Notes under the pieces: model-generated | What the model was told of the DNA's origin: nothing | The model's input: the letters and a program-made list of their open reading frames with translations, nothing else | The model's database searches: none | Position numbers and translations under genes: made by a program | Source of the DNA: Parcubacteria group bacterium Gr01-1014_20 | Lineage (GTDB): Bacteria > Patescibacteriota > Minisyncoccia > UBA6257 > 2-01-FULL-56-20 | Assembly (NCBI GenBank): GCA_007376265.1 | Contig: VMFW01000010.1 | Location: 1,945-65,944 of the forward strand | Direction of reading: 5' to 3' | Length of the DNA: 64,000 bases | Part shown: in pieces, positions 57,230-64,000 of the stretch | Numbering within the stretch: the first letter of the stretch is position 1 | How the letters are laid out: every line of letters begins with the position of its first letter

Positions 57230-57343
57230 TTAGTTGATCTTTTTACCGCACCGCCGACAGCGGTTGAGTTTTTGGGCGCACTTCTCGCAATACTTGTTGC
57301 CGCTCTCGCCCGTTTTGTGGCCACATTTCTTGGCCGTGCTCAT
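57230..57343 (-). CDS. candidate 37-aa zinc-ribbon peptide (below the ORF-track cutoff)
   Basis: Minus strand ATG...TAA encodes MSTAKKCGHKTGESGNKYCEKCAQKLNRCRRCGKKIN (CxxC...CxxC). It is antisense to spurious track ORF 57234..57479. Confidence 0.25.
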   Translation of the reverse strand: MSTAKKCGHKTGESGNKYCEKCAQKLNRCRRCGKKIN

Positions 57344-57629
57344 CGTCGGCAAGCCCCTAAGTGGCTTGCATTTGCTACACAGGTGCATTTGCTACCTCCA
57401 TAATGGGTTAAATGCTGCCGTAACAGTATCACTGGTAATTATTGCTGTAAAGAATCGTCCCAAGCTTGTTTTTGACTAAAAGGCCTGAAAATCTTACAAT
57501 CAGGGCACGATTTCTAAGATTTTTGGTAACCAATTCAATAGTTCTTCGTTACCCATAGCGGATGGCGAGGAAAACTTAATTCAAGGCGCCGCCAGGGGTG
57601 AGTCCTCGGCTTTTGGTCAACTTTATGAT

Positions 57630-58094
57630 TTGTACCAACCAAGGATTTATCGGTTTGTGCTGATCAAGGTTGGTCAGCGTGAGGAAGCCGAGGATCTCAC
57701 TCATCAAGTATTTTTAAATGCCTGGCAGAATATGAAGAGTTACAAGAGTCGGGGTTTCCCCTTCTCGAGCTGGCTCTACAGAATTGCCAGAAATAAAGTG
57801 ATTGATTTTTACCGGACGAAAAGGGAATCCATCTCGATAGACCAGGTTGACCCAGAAGTATTCTTGGCGCCGGCAATTCAGCAGTTTAGCTTCGATAAAG
57901 ACATCGAGGCCGAAAGACTAGCGCAAGCAATCCAGGAGCTTGAGCCAAACTATCAAGACGTGGTCATTATGAGATTTGTGGAGGACCTCACGGTGGCAGA
58001 GACAGCAGCGGCTCTAAAAAAGAGTCAGGGATCGGTAAAAGTCATTCAGCATAGGGCCATAAAAAAACTAAAGGAAATTTTAAGGACTGACTAA
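57630..58094 (+). CDS. ECF-family RNA polymerase sigma factor
   Basis: Sigma region 2 (EDLTHQVFLNAW...WLYRIARNKVIDFYR) and region 4 (DVVIMRFVEDLTVAETAAAL). The track start is TTG; the frame stays open upstream to 57489 with no ATG. Confidence 0.8.
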   Translation: MYQPRIYRFVLIKVGQREEAEDLTHQVFLNAWQNMKSYKSRGFPFSSWLYRIARNKVIDFYRTKRESISIDQVDPEVFLAPAIQQFSFDKDIEAERLAQAIQELEPNYQDVVIMRFVEDLTVAETAAALKKSQGSVKVIQHRAIKKLKEILRTD

Positions 58095-58579
58095 TGGACT
58101 TACTTAAAAGTTTAAGAAAACTAAATAGGATTCAACCGGACCAGGAATACTCTAGAAAATCAAAGCTGGTTGTTTTGAATACCCAACAACTTGACCCGAC
58201 ACCGAGTGTCTTTAGACTCCTTGCGATATCAAGCGCTAGGTTTACCACGGCGCTGGGAATTGTGGCTGTTTTCATTCTGGTGGTGGTGGGTGGTTTTTCA
58301 GTCAATAAAACAGGTGATGAAATTATAAGTGGACTAGATTTAAGAGGCCTTCGAGCGGAGGCTCAGGCAATTGATATCCAGATCGAACTCACGCGTGTGG
58401 TTTATGAGGAGGGAGATGAGACCGGGAAAACTATTATAGTCGCCAAGAAGATATCGCCATCGACCAAGGAAGAAGATGGGGCAATTATGGATGCGGAGAA
58501 AATCCTTGAGGAGATAAACGAATCAACTTCAACTGAAGTAACGACGATAGATGCTATTCTCGAAAAAATTGCTGATTAG
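58094..58579 (+). CDS. putative anti-sigma factor (single-pass membrane protein)
   Basis: Start overlaps the sigma-factor stop (ATGA); a cytoplasmic N-terminus, one TM helix and an acidic extracytoplasmic tail. Confidence 0.45.
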   Translation: MDLLKSLRKLNRIQPDQEYSRKSKLVVLNTQQLDPTPSVFRLLAISSARFTTALGIVAVFILVVVGGFSVNKTGDEIISGLDLRGLRAEAQAIDIQIELTRVVYEEGDETGKTIIVAKKISPSTKEEDGAIMDAEKILEEINESTSTEVTTIDAILEKIAD

Positions 58580-59351
58580 GCGCCATAGAAATATTGGGCT
58601 TTCGACGGTGTTTTTTGCTGTGGCGGCTTTTTTGATTTTGGGACTATATGCGCATACAGTCGCGGCTGAAGTAGGGGGGTGTGACTTGAAGGAAGAGAGC
58701 GCTCAACTCGATGCCCTTCAGAAGAGCGAGGCTGATTACATAGAAAAATCAAGGGGGGAACTTCAAGTTAAAAAGCAGATACTCACAAAAGTGATTGGTT
58801 GCGGTGTAAAGGAAACTGAAGATCTAACGGAGAAGATAGAGGAAATAACTTATAACGAACCGAACATACAGCGGCTGAAGCAGAAGATACTCAGAGAGCT
58901 CTCAAGCGCAAAGAATTATTATCAAATCCAGGGAGGTGGGATTTCGGATCTAGATTTAGTAGGAAGTAGAAATTTGTCTAAGAGAATTCTTGAATGGCGA
59001 CAAAACGACTATAACCTCCTTTCGAAAAAGGTGGTGGGTTTTCTCGCGCTCTCTAAGAACCAGGAGCTCATGAATATAGCTGAAAAGAGAATCGGACAGG
59101 CCGAGAGATTAATCGCGGCTTTCAAACTTTACGATAATAAAGATTTGGTTAGGTTGGCGTTCGAATCGTCGAATTATTTTAAACTCGCTAAAGAAAACGG
59201 ACTCAAAGCAGAGCAGGCATTTTCCGGTAGTTTTTATCAGCCCGATGAATCTATCGGTCTTATAAAGAACTCACTGGAATCGCTGGCGGTGGTTTACAAA
59301 AATCTCTTTGATTTCAACGCGACATTTAGGGGGCTACTACCGAAGCTATAA
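58551..59351 (+). CDS. hypothetical exported protein in the sigma/anti-sigma operon
   Basis: N-terminal signal/TM; 266 aa; a terminator follows. Confidence 0.45.
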   Translation: MLFSKKLLIRRHRNIGLSTVFFAVAAFLILGLYAHTVAAEVGGCDLKEESAQLDALQKSEADYIEKSRGELQVKKQILTKVIGCGVKETEDLTEKIEEITYNEPNIQRLKQKILRELSSAKNYYQIQGGGISDLDLVGSRNLSKRILEWRQNDYNLLSKKVVGFLALSKNQELMNIAEKRIGQAERLIAAFKLYDNKDLVRLAFESSNYFKLAKENGLKAEQAFSGSFYQPDESIGLIKNSLESLAVVYKNLFDFNATFRGLLPKL

Positions 59352-59366
59352 AGCCTATAAGAACAC

Positions 59367-59402
59367 TTATCCCTCACCATGAATGGTGAGGGATAAATTT
59401 TA
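59367..59402 (+). terminator. Rho-independent terminator
   Basis: ATCCCTCACCatgaaTGGTGAGGGAT followed by AAATTTT. Confidence 0.55.
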
Positions 59403-59441
59403 AAAAGAGATCTCTTTTTAAGATCGACTGCGAGAGGAGGT

Positions 59442-59717
59442 CTATAGAACCGCCTCTTTAAGCGTCTTGCCGGCCCGGAATTTTGGCTTAACAGCGGCGG
59501 CAATGTGGATTTTTTCACCGGTTTTTGGATTGCGCCCCTCTCGAGCGGCTCTTTTGGCTACTCTGAAAGTGCCGAAGCCAGTGATGGCAACGTCCTCGCC
59601 GCGGCTCATGGTTTTAACGATGGTGTCGAAAACAGCTTCAACAATTCGCTCGGATTGAGCTTTCGTTTCGATGTTAGCCGCCTTCATAACGGCCTCGATT
59701 AAACCTGCTTTTGTCAT
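59442..59717 (-). CDS. hup: HU-family DNA-binding protein
   Basis: GFGTF...R.GRNP.TG arm motif; 91 aa. Confidence 0.9.
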   Translation of the reverse strand: MTKAGLIEAVMKAANIETKAQSERIVEAVFDTIVKTMSRGEDVAITGFGTFRVAKRAAREGRNPKTGEKIHIAAAVKPKFRAGKTLKEAVL

Positions 59718-59977
59718 TTTAAATAATGTCTTCTTTAACTCGACCTTTGCCTTTTGTGTTGTTTATTATAGCAAAATCAAGGGTTCACGCCTAATGGTCA
59801 CTCAACTTTTTCTTTGGAGAGCCGGTGTCGCCAAAACTCCTGCGGTTTTGTCGCACCTGCATCTCGGCTGATTCATCCCTTCCGCCAACTGGCGGAGGAA
59901 CCAAGCTGAATCAGCCTCCGATAGCCTCTGCAAAGAAAAAGTCTCGCTCTGGGTTAAATAAAAACATCTTATTTCGC

Positions 59978-60607
59978 TTAAGTTATAAAAACACCGGCGG
60001 CGATCACGGTGGTCCAAAGGCCCTCTTTGTTGCCGATGGCGGACTGGGTCATGTTCATGGTTTTGACGATCTTGCCGCTCATCTTGTAAAGCTGCTCACG
60101 CTCGCTCCAGGCGGTGTTGGGGTCAAATTCAATACCTAAGGTGGTGGCAAGCATACTTGCGGCCAGATCTTCGGCATACTCCCCCGCTTTTTCTTCAGTT
60201 TCACCAAAGGCGTGATGTTCGGAGAGATATCCGTATTGGGTTTCATCCGCTGGGATAGCGGCGCCGACGGAGGCGGCAATGAGGCGGTTGGGTTCGTTGG
60301 TCTGGAGGCGATCGTAAACGCAAAATATAACTTCGCCGGGCTGAACGAGTTTAACACCTTCTTCTTTGCTGATCTTTTTGCAACCGGGCGGGAAAATGCT
60401 CGAAACCAGAATTAGGTTCAGAAACTCAATGCCGGCCATGCGAAGGGCCATCTCAAAAGAACCGAGACGTTCTTTATGGACGCCAACCCCTTTGGTGAAG
60501 AAGATTTTCTTCGGCAGGATTACAACGTTGCGACCGGGTAAAACGATGCCGCCCGGAGTACTGGCTGGAGCGGCGTTTTGGGGCGGAAGGCTTTGTTCGT
60601 CAGGCAT
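59978..60607 (-). CDS. pdaD: pyruvoyl-dependent arginine decarboxylase (archaeal PdaD type)
   Basis: FFTKGVGVH...[12 protein letters not shown], with the Ser-Ser self-cleavage site and PdaD-like blocks. Confidence 0.65.
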   Translation of the reverse strand: MPDEQSLPPQNAAPASTPGGIVLPGRNVVILPKKIFFTKGVGVHKERLGSFEMALRMAGIEFLNLILVSSIFPPGCKKISKEEGVKLVQPGEVIFCVYDRLQTNEPNRLIAASVGAAIPADETQYGYLSEHHAFGETEEKAGEYAEDLAASMLATTLGIEFDPNTAWSEREQLYKMSGKIVKTMNMTQSAIGNKEGLWTTVIAAGVFIT

Positions 60608-60775
60608 TTAGGTTTTCTAATTGTATGGGAAATAAAAAGGCGACGCAAGATTCGCTCATATTTCATTTCAGACGAGAGCTTCTCTGAAATAAAATACTCG
60701 CTTGAGGATGGGGGAGATAAAAAACACCCGCTCAATTCGAACGGGTGCTGTTTTCATGATTCATCCCGGGGTCAT

Positions 60776-61177
60776 TCATCGATAATGCGTAAAGCCGAAA
60801 CTATCGAGAAACTCCTGAAAAACACTTGAGGGGTTTTCTCCAAAGGTGGCGGCGAACATCCGGGCATTTAGATACTGACCAAAATGCCTGGCAAAGCTCA
60901 CCATTCCCTGAATGAGAACGGGCTCCTCGGTCCTCGGGTTCAGGAAGATGCTCACCGTGATACTGCTTTGAATCGATATCACGAGCTCGCCGATGCATTG
61001 GTATGTGCCTGACTGTTCGGCATCAAGCCAGAAATGCATGGAGCTTTGTTCCTTGTCCACCCCAATAACAGCGTGGCTGGCAAGACGAATAAACTCCTGA
61101 TGCCCACTGGCGCATTCGGACGACGCAAGGTTAATTGGGTCGCCAAGATCGGTTAAACAACTAATGGTCTTCAACAC
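60776..61177 (-). CDS. hypothetical protein (133 aa) downstream of pdaD
   Basis: ORF only. No ESH pyruvoyl motif, so not called as AdoMet decarboxylase. Confidence 0.4.
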   Translation of the reverse strand: MLKTISCLTDLGDPINLASSECASGHQEFIRLASHAVIGVDKEQSSMHFWLDAEQSGTYQCIGELVISIQSSITVSIFLNPRTEEPVLIQGMVSFARHFGQYLNARMFAATFGENPSSVFQEFLDSFGFTHYR

Positions 61178-61260
61178 AACCCTCCTTGTGTACGTTTATC
61201 AGAGCCTTAGATCTCGTATTCTGCTTTCTCTATTATAACTAATCTGTTTAGAAAGTCAAG

Positions 61261-62265
61261 TTATATGATCTGATGCTGGTTGGAGGCGAAGGTGACGGCT
61301 TTTTTGATGTCGTCCTTGCCACCAATCCAGCGCAAGATGCGAGACATGCCGAAACCGCAGCCGGCGTGAGGCACCATGTTTTCTTTGGATTTCTCGATGT
61401 ACCAGGCAAAGTCGTCGAGGCTGCCACCCATATCTAAGAGACGCTTATACATCTTGGAATTCGTTAGGCGGTAAACGAGAGTCTCGGGGTCATCGACTCG
61501 AGCGGCGGAGCCAACCGCCTCCCCGGCTCCGGGCAGAATAAGGTCAGCGGAGAGGACGAGTCCGGGGGTGGCTTTGTCGGGCAACATGTTGAAAAACTTT
61601 TCGACTTCGATTTCTTTTTTGTGATCCCAGAGTGGGTCGGGGTAGCGAGTGATGAAGATGGGGTGGTTGTCGTGCATAGCGACCAGCTCGGCTTCTTTTT
61701 TAGAATTGATGTCATCGCCCCAATTCAAACCTAATTTTTGGATGGCTTCGGTGTAGGTGATTTTTGGAAAAACTGGTTTAACGTTGGCGAGATGGGCAAC
61801 GGCCATTTCGTTCAAGCCCATTTCTTTTTGTTTTTGAATGGGGAGTTTCACGATGTCATGGGCGATCGCATAAACAAAACTTTCAATGTGGTGGAGGAGT
61901 TTGTCAAAGTCGCCGGCAAATTCGATTTCCATCATTTGGAATTCAGTCAGGTGGCGATCGTCAGACCCGGGCTCAGCGCGGAAAGAGGGGCCAACGCAAT
62001 AAACTTTGCTTAGATATGGCACGAAAGCCTCGAGGTAAAGCTGGCCGGTTTGAGCGAGGTAGGCCTGGTGTCTTTTTGGATGGCCAAACCAGTTGAAGTC
62101 TTTATTCGAGCTCACTTCGAAAAGCGTGTTGACGTTTTCGCAGGCGCCGGAGGCGCGGACGACTCGAGGAGGAAAAATTTCGACGAAGCCTTCGCGCTCG
62201 AGATAGTTACGACCAGATTTGAAAACTTGCGCTTCTAAGAGCGCGGTGGAAAGTTTATCCTTCAT
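61261..62265 (-). CDS. class II aaRS catalytic-domain protein without an anticodon-binding domain (AsnA-type aspartate--ammonia ligase / AsxRS paralog)
   Basis: Motif 1 region, motif 2 (GPSFRAE...HLTEFQMMEIE), motif 3 (GCGFGMSRIL); 334 aa with no N-terminal OB domain. Confidence 0.55.
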   Translation of the reverse strand: MKDKLSTALLEAQVFKSGRNYLEREGFVEIFPPRVVRASGACENVNTLFEVSSNKDFNWFGHPKRHQAYLAQTGQLYLEAFVPYLSKVYCVGPSFRAEPGSDDRHLTEFQMMEIEFAGDFDKLLHHIESFVYAIAHDIVKLPIQKQKEMGLNEMAVAHLANVKPVFPKITYTEAIQKLGLNWGDDINSKKEAELVAMHDNHPIFITRYPDPLWDHKKEIEVEKFFNMLPDKATPGLVLSADLILPGAGEAVGSAARVDDPETLVYRLTNSKMYKRLLDMGGSLDDFAWYIEKSKENMVPHAGCGFGMSRILRWIGGKDDIKKAVTFASNQHQII

Positions 62266-62468
62266 TTTTTATATTGTTTGTAATTTGTCCGGGCGACAAC
62301 CGGACTCTTTGACCTAAAAAAATTCCCCGCTTAACGGGGAATTTCAAAGTCAAAATTCAAATTCTGGCAGGCCCTTTGTGGGCCATCTCCTTTTCGGACC
62401 TTTTTATTCCGAATTGCCATTGGAGTTAATAGTACTCTACGGCTAGACGGGGTCAATGTGGAAAACTT

Positions 62469-63404
62469 CTAAGGCTGAAGAATATCCCCGGTTCTCCCTT
62501 CGACCGATATTTGCACGCTTTTTACCGTGGGGAATTCAAGGAGGGTTTGCTCAATTTGGCTCCTTAGCGCCGTCATGTGGCAGGATCCCCCACCCTCTTC
62601 GAGTTTTTTACTGAAGTCAACGTAAGCCACGCTATCTTCAACTCTGATGGAGTTTAACCAAACGCCCTTGGGGATGTTGGTCGTATAACCGGCGTCAATT
62701 TCGTTTTGATACAACCCATTTAAAAGAGAGAGTATAGCAAACGTGGCCACTTGCGAGGTCTTGGTGTAGTAGCGTTCGACCGGAACCACTTCGGTGCAGT
62801 TTTTCACGGGTTTTATTTTATCGTTCGTGAAATAAACTTTCAATACGGCCTGCTCGGGCATCGTGTTGGTCATTCTGGTGCTCACCGTTAGGCTGGGCAG
62901 GATTTTTTTGACCTCCGTGTCTGGCTTAGGGATACGCATCACCACAAAACCTGGATCGTGAGCAAAAATGTACCAGCTTTCTTTTTCACTTTCGAAAGCC
63001 AGGATGTCGCTCGCGTTTTTAAAGTTAATGTCTACTGTTTTTGGAGCACAGGTGTCACAGTAATGCATCTCTTCAAAGGCTTGCTTTGGGGAAGAGAAGC
63101 CTGGGCCATCGTTGCTTATCACCCTTATGCTTCCGATCTGATCGGTGTTTTTATTGTGAAGGAGAATCTCGGCGCCAAAAGATCGTAGGTCGATTACTTT
63201 GGGGTCGTAATCTAATTTCACAGTCACTTCGGGATAGACTCCTTCGTAACCGGTTACGAAAACGTGAGTGAAGGTCTCGGTTTCTCTAGAAATATATCCG
63301 TTATCTTCTTGTTGGGGTGGTTTTTGGAAAACAGTGTAAATAATAAGGCCGGCTAACATTACAGCAAGAACTATAGTTAATATTTTGAAAAACTTAGGTG
63401 ACAT
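62469..63404 (-). CDS. membrane-anchored GerMN-domain protein
   Basis: N-terminal TM helix; the C-terminal ~90 aa matches the GerMN (sporulation/germination-like) domain pattern. Confidence 0.55.
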   Translation of the reverse strand: MSPKFFKILTIVLAVMLAGLIIYTVFQKPPQQEDNGYISRETETFTHVFVTGYEGVYPEVTVKLDYDPKVIDLRSFGAEILLHNKNTDQIGSIRVISNDGPGFSSPKQAFEEMHYCDTCAPKTVDINFKNASDILAFESEKESWYIFAHDPGFVVMRIPKPDTEVKKILPSLTVSTRMTNTMPEQAVLKVYFTNDKIKPVKNCTEVVPVERYYTKTSQVATFAILSLLNGLYQNEIDAGYTTNIPKGVWLNSIRVEDSVAYVDFSKKLEEGGGSCHMTALRSQIEQTLLEFPTVKSVQISVEGRTGDILQP

Positions 63405-63463
63405 CAGCTTAGTATACGTTAAAACACCGGAAATGTTAGTTGAACTTTTGGTTCTTAGCTTTT

Positions 63464-63538
63464 TTAGATGTCCTCCTCCTTGAAACTAAACCCAAGGAGC
63501 CAAAGAGCTAACAAGATTATGATAACTGTCCAGAGCAT
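63464..63538 (-). CDS. candidate 24-aa hydrophobic peptide between the ECF sigma gene and the GerMN gene
   Basis: The minus strand encodes MLWTVIIILLALWLLGFSFKEEDI. There is no SD; very speculative. Confidence 0.15.
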   Translation of the reverse strand: MLWTVIIILLALWLLGFSFKEEDI

Positions 63539-63577
63539 GATTTTTTTCTAGGACATTGTACCTAAAACAATCGTTGC

Positions 63578-64000
63578 TTACGCAGGGTTGTATAAGAGTT
63601 TGAGTTTCTCTAGTCCTCGATGCGCTTGTACCGCCATCGCGTTTTTTGTCTCTCCAGTGATGAGCGACATCTCTTTGAGTGATAAATCCTGAACATACCG
63701 CATCCGCATCACTCTTTGATACTTCTCTGGGAGACGCTGAATCAAGACAAGCGCTGACTTTCCATCTAATAAATTAAGCACACGCCCGGAGTCAGCGTTT
63801 GCCGGCTCAAAGCCTTTTTCCATCATCACATCGAGTGATGCCGTTTTGCGTTTTCGGTATTCATCTACAATTAAGTTATTTAGGATGTGGTAAAGAAAAG
63901 CTTTCATCACATCAATTTTTCCTCCCTTCACCAAATAGCTCCATGTTTTAGCAAATGTATCTTGGACCATGTCTTCTCCGGTCTCGTGATTGTTTACCTT
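63578..64000 (-). CDS. ECF-family sigma factor, partial (N-terminus beyond the window end)
   Basis: Sigma regions 2.3-2.4 and region 4 (YQRVMRMRYVQDLSLKEMSLITGETKNAM). The frame stays open to the window edge. Confidence 0.75.
   Translation of the reverse strand, partial: KVNNHETGEDMVQDTFAKTWSYLVKGGKIDVMKAFLYHILNNLIVDEYRKRKTASLDVMMEKGFEPANADSGRVLNLLDGKSALVLIQRLPEKYQRVMRMRYVQDLSLKEMSLITGETKNAMAVQAHRGLEKLKLLYNPA

Noticed and set aside
57234-57479. Plus-strand 81-aa ORF after tRNA-Gly
   Set aside because: Cys/His/Leu-rich junk translation. The opposite strand encodes a tidy 37-aa CxxC...CxxC peptide with a stop codon, which is the more plausible of the two.
60776-61177. S-adenosylmethionine decarboxylase (SpeH) call for the 133-aa protein after pdaD
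   Set aside because: It was considered because of the polyamine context and size. The diagnostic ESH(I/L)xxHTWPE pyruvoyl-cleavage motif is absent.

Overview
This 64 kb window looks like a gene-dense, streamlined bacterial genome segment. Several traits point to a Candidate Phyla Radiation (Patescibacteria)-like organism, though that placement is an inference: many short proteins, frequent absence of Shine-Dalgarno sequences, an rRNA not linked to other rRNA genes, and several tRNAs without an encoded CCA end. The window opens with the 5' ~855 nt of a 23S rRNA on the minus strand, driven by its own near-consensus sigma70 promoter and with no 16S upstream. Housekeeping genes follow: purC, a class V PLP enzyme, NUDIX, PPK2, msrB, a VKOR-DsbA pair, mscL, trmO, metK with an upstream SAM-I riboswitch, cspA, dut, a cca gene that appears frameshifted, pheS, murD, gatC-gatA, pepA, pepE, ligA, hup, and an archaeal-type pyruvoyl arginine decarboxylase. 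The middle of the window carries one long minus-strand type IV pilus locus: pilM-pilN-pilO, pilB, pilT, pilC, a major pilin, an extended pilD, two minor pilins and a double-vWA protein, with comF on the opposite strand. Five tRNAs are present (Pro-CGG, Met-CAT, Asp-GTC, Arg-GCG, Gly-GCC). Two of them (Met and Arg) are each followed by a homologous ~140 nt miniature element, bounded by a second copy of the tRNA 3' end and containing an antisense T-arm fragment plus a conserved hairpin. This is the most unusual structure I found. Other points of interest: a highly structured ~260 nt ORF-free segment beside tRNA-Met with a perfect 16-bp long-range inverted repeat; a tandem pair of Cys-rich 'SWGVDY' paralogs; an SD-bearing operon of three tiny ORFs; a second dUTPase with a large insertion; a GC-rich ORF-free ~550 nt segment; a low-GC islet next to tRNA-Asp; and two ECF sigma modules. 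All identifications rest on motif recognition by eye; no database search was possible.
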